This document shows, in pieces, positions 47,355 through 57,667 of a DNA stretch of 64,000 nt; the first letter of the stretch is position 1, and each line of letters opens with the position of its first letter. This DNA comes from a virus: IMG/VR virus record IMGVR_UViG_3300039353_001106. One strand, given 5' to 3'. Both the position numbers and the translations under genes were made by a program. A model generated the notes under the pieces. It saw only the letters and a program-made list of their open reading frames with translations, made no database searches and was not told where the DNA came from.

Positions 47355-48980
47355 TTAATTAACATTGCCCAGATCGTTACCATCTGGTGTAGAATCAACC
47401 CCATCAGGATGAACGTTACCGCTTAATCTACCATCTGGTGTAGAATCAACCCCTGGTGGGTGAATATTTTCTGGTTCTGCTCCAGGCGATCTAAGCATGG
47501 ATGGGTGAATATTCATAGCACTTAAACGATCTCGCATAGTCATTTTTACTTCTGCAGCCTCAGACGACTCTTTAAAAATGTCTCCTAATGTAGAACCTAT
47601 TATCGATCCAACGTCTAAGCCTATAGAGTCCGCTATATGTAAAGCCCCGTTGATTCCTCCTGCACTTAATGCATCCATTGCATTTCCAATTCCAAATCCA
47701 CCATGAACATTTCCTAATAAACCTGCCCCTATTATGTCTGCTTGTGCTCCTTCAACTCTTGCCTCAGCAGCCTCTTTAAGACTGTTAGGAAAACTTTCTA
47801 TTGCGGCTTCCGCTCTGGCTTCAACTTTATCTTTTAGTCTTCTAAACAGGTTAGGGTCTACGTTATTTCCTAGATTTCCAGGAGCCATGTCTTTTTCAGC
47901 TTCAGCATCGGGCATCATATCTTGTCCCATTCCTGGAACCTGATCTCCATAGTCAGGTCTTTCATTTGCAGGTTTTCCGTAACTAAGATCCGGATCACCT
48001 TGTATATCATAAGTATAGACGTCTCCTTCCTTTCTTACATAATTAGGACCCGAACCTGTAAGAAACTCATTATCAACATATCTTCCTCTTGCTCTATGTA
48101 GGTTATGTCTTGATAAACCCTGTAAATATCTAACCTCTATGTCCTCTATCTTTTCATATTTAATAACCAATTTAGCGGTAGCCTGTGATGGCGGTTCTCC
48201 TGCATTTAATGTTCCTAAAACATCAGCCATAGATTCGTCAACGTCTATTTCGCATCCATGTAAATGAAACGAAAATCTAGGGACATATTCTCCCGTTATA
48301 TTATGATTAATGTTTTTCTTTTTTCTAATAGATTTATTTGGACCATCAGTTCTATCAGCCTCATCCGTAACATCTAATTGACTTGTTAAAAATCTAGCAT
48401 CTCCAACTGTTATAATCATACTAAATTTTCTTAAATTAGCAGGAACCATTTCTACCCATCGTTGGGTATCATATATCGCATGCCTATACATATCTAAAAT
48501 ACCATTCATCATTAAATCATAGGTTTCTAAACACTCTATTGTTATTTTAGATTCACCTCCACCTGAATAGGGTTCTAGCATTTTATTCAATTTATATGCA
48601 CCATCCAATCCTGTCATCGATTGCCAAACCCAAGGCATTGCTAAATTAACTCTATTTAATTGTATCATAGATTCAGCAAGCGAAGCCGCCCTGTCTCTAT
48701 CTTTAGCAAAAGATTCTAAATAGGCGATTGCTGATCCGTTCATTAGAGGGCTAGCTCCAAGATTTGCTTCAGGTCTTATATTATATAAATGACTTGGTTC
48801 ATCTTTTAAAAATGCTATAGTAAAAGACAGAAAGGTAGGATCGTCATACGGGTTTATATTTCCCGGAGCAGCTCCCTTTTGATAAACATATTTACCCTTT
48901 CTAAACTTTTTAGGGCTTATAGAGTTCATGCTGTAAGATGCTTTCCATTTTTCTGCTTCGTGGTTGTCTTGACTACTCAT
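47355..48980 (-). CDS. Tail-tube-fold baseplate protein (gp48/gp54-like) with Gly-rich repetitive C-terminus
   Basis: WVWQSMTGLD, ITIECLET.DL, VPANLRKFSM.I.V pattern; context. Confidence 0.45.
   Translation of the reverse strand: MSSQDNHEAEKWKASYSMNSISPKKFRKGKYVYQKGAAPGNINPYDDPTFLSFTIAFLKDEPSHLYNIRPEANLGASPLMNGSAIAYLESFAKDRDRAASLAESMIQLNRVNLAMPWVWQSMTGLDGAYKLNKMLEPYSGGGESKITIECLETYDLMMNGILDMYRHAIYDTQRWVEMVPANLRKFSMIITVGDARFLTSQLDVTDEADRTDGPNKSIRKKKNINHNITGEYVPRFSFHLHGCEIDVDESMADVLGTLNAGEPPSQATAKLVIKYEKIEDIEVRYLQGLSRHNLHRARGRYVDNEFLTGSGPNYVRKEGDVYTYDIQGDPDLSYGKPANERPDYGDQVPGMGQDMMPDAEAEKDMAPGNLGNNVDPNLFRRLKDKVEARAEAAIESFPNSLKEAAEARVEGAQADIIGAGLLGNVHGGFGIGNAMDALSAGGINGALHIADSIGLDVGSIIGSTLGDIFKESSEAAEVKMTMRDRLSAMNIHPSMLRSPGAEPENIHPPGVDSTPDGRLSGNVHPDGVDSTPDGNDLGNVN
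47379..47453. repeat. Two identical 24-bp units at 51-bp period encoding GVDSTPDG repeats
   Basis: accatctggtgtagaatcaacccc at 47379-47402 and 47430-47453. Confidence 0.85.
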
Positions 48981-48983
48981 ATG

Positions 48984-50477
48984 TTATATATCATTCGATC
49001 TTAAAGGCCATTCTCTTCTTTGTAGAGATAATTTTTGGCCAAGTTGGTTTTGTCCTGCTCTAAAGGTATACTCAATAGAGCTTATTATGTAATGTCCAGA
49101 AATAAATTCATCTAAAACATGTGGAGTTTCTTTGTCTTCCTTGTCTTTTTCAAAAGTATTATCTTCAGTTTTAACTCCTTTTTCTTTTAACCTTTCCCCA
49201 TCTTTACGTATTGCATCAGATTTTGGACCGTCTGTAACATAAATCATTATTGGAACCTTTTGAAATAGGTATAATTGCGCATTGAATTGACTTAACTCTA
49301 CACTTAATTTTAGTTTATTTAATTCTTGTATATTTTGAAGGTTGTTTAGTACAGAATACTTATGATTTGAATGTACATTTCCTTCTAAAAGAAAATCTTG
49401 AATTCTACCAACATACTTATGTTTTAAATGTCTCCCTTCAACGTCTTCACTTGTTCTACCCTGTAAAGGTCCTTCTCCGTCTCTTAAATTTGTACTCAAA
49501 AAGGATTGTATATCAAATTCAGTTAATCGTTCTGACTCTAAATCATCATACATTTGTAAAACCCGTTTATATCCATTTTTCTGAGATATATTATTAGAAT
49601 TATTTTGAAGTGAATATTTAGAAATATAATTACCCCCGTTGGTGTGTTTAGGGTGGTTTGTTAACATTAATTTTGTTTGAGTATCATCAGAATCATTTTC
49701 ATCTGCGCCTTTATCAACAGTAGTAGCCCTATCAGTACTCATTATAGAGTCTTGTAATTCTTCTAATGTTCTAACGTTTTTAGAATTTATTAATTTATTA
49801 ACCTCTATAAAATTAAGGTAATAATATGCGTCAATGTAAAATTTTTGGAAGCTTTCTTCTCCAACGTACGACGTTTTAACAACATCCTTTATAAAATCTA
49901 AAGTTTTTATATAAGGTTGTATTCTTGGTTGAGTATCATCCGTACCGTCAATATTTGTAGCAAGTCCTAATTCTAATTCTTGGGCTATTTGTTCTATATG
50001 AGATAGACTCGTATCTTCAGGGTATTCCTTACATTCTTCAGTGTACATACCAGGAACTTTTATTCTTCCTCTTATATGATATGTTGGTTCTCTAGTTTCT
50101 CCACTCGAAGGAGGCGAGGATATACTAAGAATATTAAAGTCCATGTGTATGCTTTTAAAAGTCTCTTGGTTTTTTGAGTTTATTAAAACAGTAACTACAT
50201 CACCGTCTCTTGGATATTGCGCAGCATCAAAAACTCCGGAAGTATCTCTTAAAGTTAAGTTTAACAGAGGCATCATACCTCCAATTGTTAAACTAAAATT
50301 TTGAATGTCTTCGTCTCTGAATTGATGGCCATTAATATCAATATATGGGATCATTCCTCCGACGCTTTTACTCTGTTTAGCATCGCCATCTTCTTCACCG
50401 TTAGATTTTAATTCTATTTCTGTGGGTAAAATAGCAGGTTCTAGAACGGCTAATATGTTATTATCTAACTCTGCCAT
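48984..50477 (-). CDS. Baseplate hub protein (gp27-like)
   Basis: LTLRDTSGVF, HIEQIAQEL, IQPY...FIKDVV, FYIDAYYYLNF, LYLFQKVPI..SGHYIISSIEYTF hub-like layout. Confidence 0.6.
   Translation of the reverse strand: MAELDNNILAVLEPAILPTEIELKSNGEEDGDAKQSKSVGGMIPYIDINGHQFRDEDIQNFSLTIGGMMPLLNLTLRDTSGVFDAAQYPRDGDVVTVLINSKNQETFKSIHMDFNILSISSPPSSGETREPTYHIRGRIKVPGMYTEECKEYPEDTSLSHIEQIAQELELGLATNIDGTDDTQPRIQPYIKTLDFIKDVVKTSYVGEESFQKFYIDAYYYLNFIEVNKLINSKNVRTLEELQDSIMSTDRATTVDKGADENDSDDTQTKLMLTNHPKHTNGGNYISKYSLQNNSNNISQKNGYKRVLQMYDDLESERLTEFDIQSFLSTNLRDGEGPLQGRTSEDVEGRHLKHKYVGRIQDFLLEGNVHSNHKYSVLNNLQNIQELNKLKLSVELSQFNAQLYLFQKVPIMIYVTDGPKSDAIRKDGERLKEKGVKTEDNTFEKDKEDKETPHVLDEFISGHYIISSIEYTFRAGQNQLGQKLSLQRREWPLRSNDI
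48985..48992 (-). promoter_or_regulatory. Late-promoter-like motif GATATATA
   Basis: GATATATA-ACAT-ATG. Confidence 0.6.
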
Positions 50478-50479
50478 AA

Positions 50480-51448
50480 TTAATCTTTATCTGGTATTTC
50501 TCCGAATGAATCTGTTTTTGTATACCTAGTCGTTTGTTCAGTTTCTACAGTTCCATCAGGTTTAACTAAAGTTTTAGTTATTGTTATAGTCATTTTATCG
50601 TCATCAACATTTAATGCTTCTAAAATAGATTCAGTACCTATATAATTTCCAGCATCATCATATACTTTTTGAACGCTTTTTTGAACATCTGCTTCCGAAA
50701 TGTTTTTACCTTTATAGTTTATTCCACTAGTATTTATTCTAGGGGTTTTCTGTTTTCTGTTTAACTTACTAAATTCTTTTGCTTTATTAATTTTATCATT
50801 TATACTATCTGACATTGATTTTAATTTTTCAGCTAATTCAACGTCATTATCTTTTATAGCATTATCATATTCTGCTGCTAACTCATCTAAGTTAGTGTCT
50901 ACTGGTTTCTTTGTTTTTGAAAAAGTGTTAGGTTCGGGGTTCTGTGCATGCGCTCCCATAATAGTTGAAGGTACCCCTTCTTTTTCACTAAATTTAAAAG
51001 TTTTAAACCCAGTTTTAAGTACGTTTGGAGGTAAAACCTCTTTGATATTATATTTCTTTTGAAGAAATTCTGATCTTCTCTTATCTTTTGGTTTTAATTT
51101 CTTTTTATCTAAAAATTCCTGTCTAACAACATTGTCTATTTTATCTTTAGGTCGTTCAAGCACCTTCATATTGGCTCCTAAGTTAGGTATTTTTAGTACA
51201 TCTAAATAGTCTATAGAAAAGGGGTTAGAAATATTATTATATTTTAATAAGTAGTCTATATGCTCCATACTACCATAAACCTCTAAACAAATAAGATCTA
51301 CCCTTCCAATATAATCTATTGGAACAACATATTCATAATCTTTTAAACCCTTTATATTAGCGAATAATAGAGTTGGTTGAACTAAAACTAATTTACCTTT
51401 CTCAATTATTTTACCTAATAAACTTTTTAAACCAAATCCGTTTGCCAT
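50480..51448 (-). CDS. gp53: Baseplate wedge gp53-like (LysM-like) protein
   Basis: GRVDLICLEVYGS...LLKYNNISNPF..LKIP. Confidence 0.75.
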   Translation of the reverse strand: MANGFGLKSLLGKIIEKGKLVLVQPTLLFANIKGLKDYEYVVPIDYIGRVDLICLEVYGSMEHIDYLLKYNNISNPFSIDYLDVLKIPNLGANMKVLERPKDKIDNVVRQEFLDKKKLKPKDKRRSEFLQKKYNIKEVLPPNVLKTGFKTFKFSEKEGVPSTIMGAHAQNPEPNTFSKTKKPVDTNLDELAAEYDNAIKDNDVELAEKLKSMSDSINDKINKAKEFSKLNRKQKTPRINTSGINYKGKNISEADVQKSVQKVYDDAGNYIGTESILEALNVDDDKMTITITKTLVKPDGTVETEQTTRYTKTDSFGEIPDKD

Positions 51449-53259
51449 TATCCGTTTGCTTGTTTTATCATTTTTTCTTTACCGGCTCTACTAACTTCTG
51501 GGTGACCGTATGCGTTAACATCCATTGTTTTATCTGTATCGAAGCCACTTCCATCAGCAACATATAGTCTACCTTTACCTGCGTTAAACATAGATTCTAT
51601 ATCTGCTTTATCTCTAGGTCGGTTAGGCTTTAATTTTATAGTTACTTTTAATTTTGAAGGAAAATCTTCAAAACCTAAAGGACCTTCTAATTCAAAATCA
51701 GCCCCAGTACATCCTAAGTTTCCAACAACTGCAATTGGGTTTAGAGGGTTTCCTATAGTTAAATGCCACTGTCCGGTCGCATCACCTGTTAAAAAGGCCG
51801 CAGCTATTTGACCACCTTGTGGGCCTCCTAAGAGTTTCATAAGTCCACCACCAATAACGTTATTTAATATTTTACTATCTCCACCTTTTAAAAGGTCATC
51901 AACTGCTCCAGTCAAGGCTCCTTTTAAATCTTTAACAACACTTCCTAAAAACCCTTTAACATCTCCATTTTGTAGTTTTTGTAAATCTCCAAAGGGTTTA
52001 CCAACTTTTCCTCCACCAGTATATCTAGTAGCACCTCCCCAGAAAGGAGCATTATTATATGTTAATACTAACATATTAGAAATAACATCTAAAAGTGCAA
52101 GTTTAGGACTTGTATGTGGATATCCTTTAAGGTCGTATTTAAAAACAAGACTAAATTCTTGACTAAATTCTAAACCCGGTTTTCTAACCTGTACTTCTTT
52201 AATTATATTTAAAGGTTCTCCCAAGTTATGGTTAGGATAGGTATCTTTTAAAGGGTCAAAGCCTCCACCCTGTTCTGTCCTTAGTTTGGTTTGGGTTGCA
52301 GTTTCACCATTAGCACCACCTTTAATATTTTGTGCCATTGGCATAGAATCTAAAAAACCACCTAACATACCAGTATCTCTTTTTTGAGCCTGTATTGTTT
52401 GCATTTGAGATTCTGCTTTATCCCATTTAAAAGCAACACTAAATTTTAAAATCTCTTTAATATCATTTCCAACTTTAGGGCTCATCCATGTTATGGCCTG
52501 AGCAATTGGAGGCTGCATCGTATTATATACCTTTCCATCCGGTCCGTATTTAACAGGTGCAATTATATTATCTTCAACAGGGGCTGGAAACCTTCTAAGA
52601 GTTAATAAATGGTTATTAGGTATTTCACCATAATGTTCACATGGTAAAAAATCTCTATATGAATATCTATATCCTGGAGAATCTCCAACAGCGTCGCATA
52701 TTTCTATTAAGTTAGCAGCAGTCGGGTTTGTTAATGGTTTACCATCTTTTTCATATAGCTGATGAACCTTATATTGGTTTTTTGCTGTTTCCATTTCAAA
52801 ACCTGTAACGGGTTTTAGTGGAGTACCTCTATATTTAAGAAGAGACCATGCATTTACTTCTGAATGTGGTGCTCTACCGTCCTGTGCTGTAAGAGGCGCT
52901 GTATCCATTCCATAAGTCGCAGCATCTGCGAATCTACTTGTTTGATAAAGCCCATAATCATATTTTCTAGACATATCGTCAGTACTAACAAAACCAGCTT
53001 GGGCTGCAGCAACTGCTTGTCTATTTCTAATTTCCTGTGAACTTGCCTTTGCATTAGCAACAGGCTCTTTATGAACTTCAAAACTATCGGTCTTAGTATT
53101 ATAATAATGATAGTTACCATCCCCGTCTATAAAAGAAAGTTGCAAGTGACTAGCAGGCGTAGGTTTCTTCTTAGGTCTACTAGATTTCTTTTTAGGAGGA
53201 GTGGGTTGTTTCTTCTCTATAACATTTCTTTTCTTTATCGCAACGGGTTTCCTAGCCAT
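51448..53259 (-). CDS. Baseplate/tail-tube-associated structural protein (603 aa)
   Basis: Context; FSQEFSLVFKY, WHLTIGNP...LKVTIKLKPNRP pattern; late motif upstream. Confidence 0.5.
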   Translation of the reverse strand: MARKPVAIKKRNVIEKKQPTPPKKKSSRPKKKPTPASHLQLSFIDGDGNYHYYNTKTDSFEVHKEPVANAKASSQEIRNRQAVAAAQAGFVSTDDMSRKYDYGLYQTSRFADAATYGMDTAPLTAQDGRAPHSEVNAWSLLKYRGTPLKPVTGFEMETAKNQYKVHQLYEKDGKPLTNPTAANLIEICDAVGDSPGYRYSYRDFLPCEHYGEIPNNHLLTLRRFPAPVEDNIIAPVKYGPDGKVYNTMQPPIAQAITWMSPKVGNDIKEILKFSVAFKWDKAESQMQTIQAQKRDTGMLGGFLDSMPMAQNIKGGANGETATQTKLRTEQGGGFDPLKDTYPNHNLGEPLNIIKEVQVRKPGLEFSQEFSLVFKYDLKGYPHTSPKLALLDVISNMLVLTYNNAPFWGGATRYTGGGKVGKPFGDLQKLQNGDVKGFLGSVVKDLKGALTGAVDDLLKGGDSKILNNVIGGGLMKLLGGPQGGQIAAAFLTGDATGQWHLTIGNPLNPIAVVGNLGCTGADFELEGPLGFEDFPSKLKVTIKLKPNRPRDKADIESMFNAGKGRLYVADGSGFDTDKTMDVNAYGHPEVSRAGKEKMIKQANG

Positions 53260-53278
53260 GAATGTACTTGTTTTTTAC

Positions 53279-53286
53279 TATATATC
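53279..53286 (-). promoter_or_regulatory. Late-promoter-like motif GATATATA
   Basis: 19 nt upstream of ATG at 53259; marks the start of the structural operon. Confidence 0.6.
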
Positions 53287-53294
53287 AAAGAAAA

Positions 53295-53888
53295 TTAGAC
53301 GTGTTTGTCTAGGTCTTTAACATCGGGATTGGCTAAAAAGTCTTTATACCATTTATCTTCTTTTGGGGCTCTTTCTCCGAAAAACTTTTTAATTGAATTT
53401 TTAAACTCATTAATAGTATGATAGTAAAACCTACCAGTCCTGTATTCTTTTCTGGTTGTCATATCAAAGACTTCTTTTAGGTGCTTTTGAACAAGGAATG
53501 TTTGTATCTTATTAAAAAAATCTATCTGTTCTTTACGGGTTTTGCAGCAATATACACTATCAACAACAGTCAAATACATTTTCCAATTATCTCCATTATA
53601 GATTTTATCTACAAATTCGTCAATTGTTTTAAAAGAACCTCTGTTAAATTTATAACGAGTATCTTTACCTGTAAAATCTCTTATAGTTCTACCCTTCACA
53701 AGGTACCTTTTAATAAATGCAATATCATCATACATTTTAGTTATTTTAATTTGATATTGTGGATTGTACTCATCAAATTTAATATCGTAAATAGTTCCTT
53801 TTACAGGGAATAGAATATTTGGGTTGGTTGTTGAGGAGATTAAGGCATGTATTGATTCACCTTTTGAAAATAATCTATGTCTTATCAT
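53295..53888 (-). CDS. Hypothetical protein (197 aa)
   Basis: ORF in a coupled run; SH3-like N-terminus possible. Confidence 0.75.
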   Translation of the reverse strand: MIRHRLFSKGESIHALISSTTNPNILFPVKGTIYDIKFDEYNPQYQIKITKMYDDIAFIKRYLVKGRTIRDFTGKDTRYKFNRGSFKTIDEFVDKIYNGDNWKMYLTVVDSVYCCKTRKEQIDFFNKIQTFLVQKHLKEVFDMTTRKEYRTGRFYYHTINEFKNSIKKFFGERAPKEDKWYKDFLANPDVKDLDKHV

Positions 53889-54321
53889 TGTCTAAAAACT
53901 TGACATTGTCAAATTTACTTAAAACACCAGGATCTAGACCTTCTTCTCTATTAATAACTACTAAGTCAAATTCAACTCCTCCTGAGATTTCACCTAGAAA
54001 GTTTTTAAAGTTTACAACATTCTCTTTATTTAGATTCTTTAAAAGATATGTTATATTAGCAGTGTCGTCTACTGTATAGTCTTCTAAATTTTTATTTTTG
54101 TTTATAAGGTTTTTAATAAGTTTTTGTATATGTAATGCTACAATAGTTTCAGAAGGTTCTGCGCCATAAGGATCGCTTTTAGATAACCTATCAGAAATAT
54201 CATTATAAGAAATTATCTGAGTTTTTGATTTATCATAATCTTCTTGTGATTTTGTAAATTTAGCAAATCTATTAAATTCGGTTTTTGTTTTACACCATAT
54301 ACATTCTACCTTAAGTTTCAT
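53875..54321 (-). CDS. Hypothetical protein (148 aa)
   Basis: Coupled ORF. Confidence 0.75.
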   Translation of the reverse strand: MKLKVECIWCKTKTEFNRFAKFTKSQEDYDKSKTQIISYNDISDRLSKSDPYGAEPSETIVALHIQKLIKNLINKNKNLEDYTVDDTANITYLLKNLNKENVVNFKNFLGEISGGVEFDLVVINREEGLDPGVLSKFDNVKFLDNDKT

Positions 54322-54643
54322 AATCTTCTAATTGTTTTTTATACTTGGCAACAAGAGATTCACAAGCATTTATTTTTGATATTAGCTCTTGTTTTGTAGG
54401 CTTATATTTAAGACCGCTGCCAACCGATATATTCAATTTCTTTTTGTCAATATCGTTTCCTAATTGAAGACCAATATCTAAACATAGTTCTTTTAAAAAC
54501 TTTATTCTATTTTTAAAATCAGAATCGCTTCCAAAATCATATATTACTTTAGAAATAAAACTTTCTCCAGCTCCGTTTATGTTATCATCTTCTAAGACTT
54601 TTACTACTCCATTATCCGCGATATCTAGTACTATCGTTACCAT
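54311..54643 (-). CDS. Hypothetical protein (110 aa)
   Basis: Coupled ORF. Confidence 0.75.
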   Translation of the reverse strand: MVTIVLDIADNGVVKVLEDDNINGAGESFISKVIYDFGSDSDFKNRIKFLKELCLDIGLQLGNDIDKKKLNISVGSGLKYKPTKQELISKINACESLVAKYKKQLEDYET

Positions 54644-54668
54644 ATTATTATATTATATTATTATGATA

Positions 54669-55034
54669 TTATGATAATCTACTAGCTTTAGATTTAATAG
54701 CAGCTCTTTTTAATTCTTTTCTTCGCTTTTTATCAGCTTGCCAAGTTTCTTTGTCTTTAACACATTCAAGTGCATGTGCCTCCAAAAGCATATCAACCTC
54801 TTCTTGGTTATAACCTTCCGATTTTAATTTCTTTTCATATTCAGCAGCACCATGCTCTAACCTTTCGTATCTTTCTTTTTCTAGTTCTTCTAACATTGCA
54901 TTATGCTTTGCTTCTCCTTGCTCTCTATTTCTTCTACGAAATTCAATTCTATCAGGGTGATTCCATGCTAATTGACTCATAGCTTTAAGGATACCCATAT
55001 TTTTATACGCTCTTCTTCTTTCTTGTCTGTTCAT
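54669..55034 (-). CDS. Hypothetical basic helical protein (121 aa)
   Basis: MNRQERRRA start, charged coiled coil. Confidence 0.75.
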   Translation of the reverse strand: MNRQERRRAYKNMGILKAMSQLAWNHPDRIEFRRRNREQGEAKHNAMLEELEKERYERLEHGAAEYEKKLKSEGYNQEEVDMLLEAHALECVKDKETWQADKKRRKELKRAAIKSKASRLS

Positions 55035-55638
55035 AATAATAATTTTGAATAAATTGTTTAACTTGACTTTGTAATTGTTCTTCTATATTATTTATCTGAT
55101 TTTTTACGAGCTTCTCTAGCCCTCTTCTAAGTTCGTCATCATCAACATCTTGTTGAAGCGCTTTAAATATTGTCTTGCTCGGTAAACGAATTCCAACACT
55201 AACATCTAGGTTAGTCCTATTCTTTTTACTCAGTTTTTCTAGTATACCTACCATTAAATCATCCTCATCAAATACAGGAGTATCGTTAGATTTTGGAGTA
55301 TCTTTACTTGTTATAGAAACAGTCGGCTTTTCTTTTTGAGGTTCGTTTATAGGAGTAATATTTTCAGGACTTGCTAAAGATAGTATTCTACTCCTCTCTT
55401 CTGCGACATCCATGGTAGGACACCAATCTAAAAATTCATTTATCAGTTTAGGGTTTATCTTACTTCCATCAGTAAAATGTAACCAACCATCTTTAGTCTC
55501 TTTTTCTACTACTATTTTACCTAATCGCTCAGATTTTATCCAAACGTATATTTTATCAGATTCTTCTGCCATTTTACTATTTTTAATATTATATGTCTTC
55601 TTTTTAAAAAGTTTCTTTAAATTCCACATGATGGTCAC
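55003..55638 (-). CDS. Hypothetical protein (true start may be MAEES at 55572)
   Basis: ORF track; two domains with a Pro/Thr linker. Confidence 0.7.
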   Translation of the reverse strand: MTIMWNLKKLFKKKTYNIKNSKMAEESDKIYVWIKSERLGKIVVEKETKDGWLHFTDGSKINPKLINEFLDWCPTMDVAEERSRILSLASPENITPINEPQKEKPTVSITSKDTPKSNDTPVFDEDDLMVGILEKLSKKNRTNLDVSVGIRLPSKTIFKALQQDVDDDELRRGLEKLVKNQINNIEEQLQSQVKQFIQNYYYEQTRKKKSV

Positions 55639-55655
55639 CGGTTACTGGGAGCTAC

Positions 55656-55838
55656 TTACTGTATTTTCTGAACTTTCTTTCCTTCTTTTAATTTCTCTTG
55701 TATAAAGTCTACTCCACCAGGACTTCCTATAAATATTTCTACCTTTTCGTATCTTTTAACAAAATCATTATGTCCCAACATAATATACTGTTTTTTTATT
55801 TGTTCTAATTCTGGAATGTGTGATTTTCTTATACTCAT
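55656..55838 (-). CDS. Hypothetical protein (60 aa)
   Basis: Packed directly after the helicase. Confidence 0.6.
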   Translation of the reverse strand: MSIRKSHIPELEQIKKQYIMLGHNDFVKRYEKVEIFIGSPGGVDFIQEKLKEGKKVQKIQ

Positions 55839-55840
55839 AA

Positions 55841-57667
55841 TTATTTTAATTTTTTTATACGTTGTTTAAAGTTTTCAGGAAAGAACTCTGATTTATTTAT
55901 CAAGTTATTAAAACATGCGTCTAGGATATATGTAACTGCCCAGTCATTTTCATTTCTAATACTCCTTCCTGCCCCTTGCTGTAGTGTAATTCCTGTTTTC
56001 CAATCATACCAGCCTGGAGATTGTTTTATTTTTTCTTTAGTTAATGGGTCTCCTAATGAAGGGTAAGGTACTTTAAAAAATATTTGAAACCTACATGTTT
56101 CATCAGCAAAATCTAAACCCTCAAGAATTGAAGGACCCATAATTACTCCATTAACTCCATTTTTAAATTTAAGAATAGCCTCTTCTTTTTCTGAAGACTT
56201 ATTATATTCTATAATTCTTCGAATATGAGAGGAGTGCTGTTTAATATATTTTGAAAACTCGTAACTTCCTGTATGAATTAAACCCCTGTGTCCTTTATGT
56301 TTCTCTAATATTTGGTCTAACATTCTTATAGCCTTTGGAAGACTTTCATGTTTATGGCTTAAAGACATTTTCCATCTATTTACAAATATAATCGGTGACT
56401 TTTTATAGTCAAAGCCATTTGATAGTCTAATGAATTTTGCCTTCTCTATCCCCATTACTTTTATAAAAGTTTTAGGTTCTCCAATTGTTGCGCTCATAAA
56501 GACTTTAAAACCAGCCCTTTGGTGTAGGTGTTTTTTAATCATTCCTGATTCACTTAAACACATGAGCTTTATTTCACCATCAACCAGATTTTGGGTCCAC
56601 AACATGGTCTCTAAACCTTCCTTCTCTATTATTTCTAAATAGTCTTCAACTTTACAATGAATGTCTTTTAAAGTGTCTAGTTGACCAAATGCCTTTTTCC
56701 ATTTTCTAGGAAGTTTTGAATCTACACCTCTTCCAAATTTAAACTTTGCCCTCTTTTGCAAGTCTCTTCTTGTGCTTAAAACTCTGCCTAATAGACCTTT
56801 CAACTTTCCAAGATGAAACACCATTTTATCTTTAGACTGTTCAGTCAAGATCGATTGAATTAGACTTTCCATGTAGGACTTAGAGATGTTTGGAGTTTCG
56901 ATTCCTTCCCCAACTAGAAATTCAATCAAAGTTACCGTCGAAAAAAGGGAAATTTTTTTGAAAAATGGAGAAAAATGTTCTTGAACTATTTCGTCTACCT
57001 TGTGAGCCTCATCAAAGAAACAAAAGTCCCGTTTCTTAAATGGAAAAAAATTATCAAATTGATCCAAATCAAGCTCAGCATTAAGGGCCATGGGCCCTCC
57101 TATTTGAGGAATATCATTGTCCTTTTCTGACTGTTTCTGCGCCAATCTGCGGTTAACATAATTCTGTTGAATTAACCAAAAGCTGTAGTTTAAGAGAGTA
57201 ACAGGTCGGTCTATAGCCTTTTTACGGGCATTTAGATAGTCGCATGTTCGGGCACATGGAAGAGATTCAGATTGGGCATGGGAGTAACCTCGCATTTTAC
57301 ATTCACCCACTGAAAATGGTAGACCATTAACATCGCACTCGTAGTTGTCAACGCCTTTCACCGACGGCCAGTCCAATTTGTAGGTCATAAAGTCCTTTTC
57401 GTACTGTGATTGTAACATTTTATCTGAGGTAATAATATAACCTTGATTTCCAAGATGCTTGAGGATATAGGAACACCACATAGCAATGATTGACTTTCCT
57501 GTTCCGGTCGGAGCATCTATAACTACGGTACCGTTAGGGTCTTCTAAGTAGTGGTTACAAATATTTTCAACTGTTTCTCTTTGATTGGGTCTAAATTTAA
57601 AATCTTTACCAAAGGTTTGGTCTTTTAATATAGAGTCTACGAGAGTTGTTATATTTGTCTTAGTCAT
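55841..57667 (-). CDS. DinG/Rad3/XPD-family Fe-S helicase
   Basis: FRPNQ, APTGTGKS, four Cys cluster (YEC..GEC..PC..TC), FDEAH, MSAT, QQGAGRSIRNEND. Confidence 0.88.
   Translation of the reverse strand: MTKTNITTLVDSILKDQTFGKDFKFRPNQRETVENICNHYLEDPNGTVVIDAPTGTGKSIIAMWCSYILKHLGNQGYIITSDKMLQSQYEKDFMTYKLDWPSVKGVDNYECDVNGLPFSVGECKMRGYSHAQSESLPCARTCDYLNARKKAIDRPVTLLNYSFWLIQQNYVNRRLAQKQSEKDNDIPQIGGPMALNAELDLDQFDNFFPFKKRDFCFFDEAHKVDEIVQEHFSPFFKKISLFSTVTLIEFLVGEGIETPNISKSYMESLIQSILTEQSKDKMVFHLGKLKGLLGRVLSTRRDLQKRAKFKFGRGVDSKLPRKWKKAFGQLDTLKDIHCKVEDYLEIIEKEGLETMLWTQNLVDGEIKLMCLSESGMIKKHLHQRAGFKVFMSATIGEPKTFIKVMGIEKAKFIRLSNGFDYKKSPIIFVNRWKMSLSHKHESLPKAIRMLDQILEKHKGHRGLIHTGSYEFSKYIKQHSSHIRRIIEYNKSSEKEEAILKFKNGVNGVIMGPSILEGLDFADETCRFQIFFKVPYPSLGDPLTKEKIKQSPGWYDWKTGITLQQGAGRSIRNENDWAVTYILDACFNNLINKSEFFPENFKQRIKKLK

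Noticed and set aside
47379-47453. 24-bp direct repeat as a mini-CRISPR
   Set aside because: Two copies, in frame within a CDS, 27-nt gap also encodes the peptide repeat; no cas genes.
57050-57140. Insertion in the DinG-like helicase as an intein or intron
   Set aside because: About 25 aa, in frame, no Cys/Ser start or His-Asn end.
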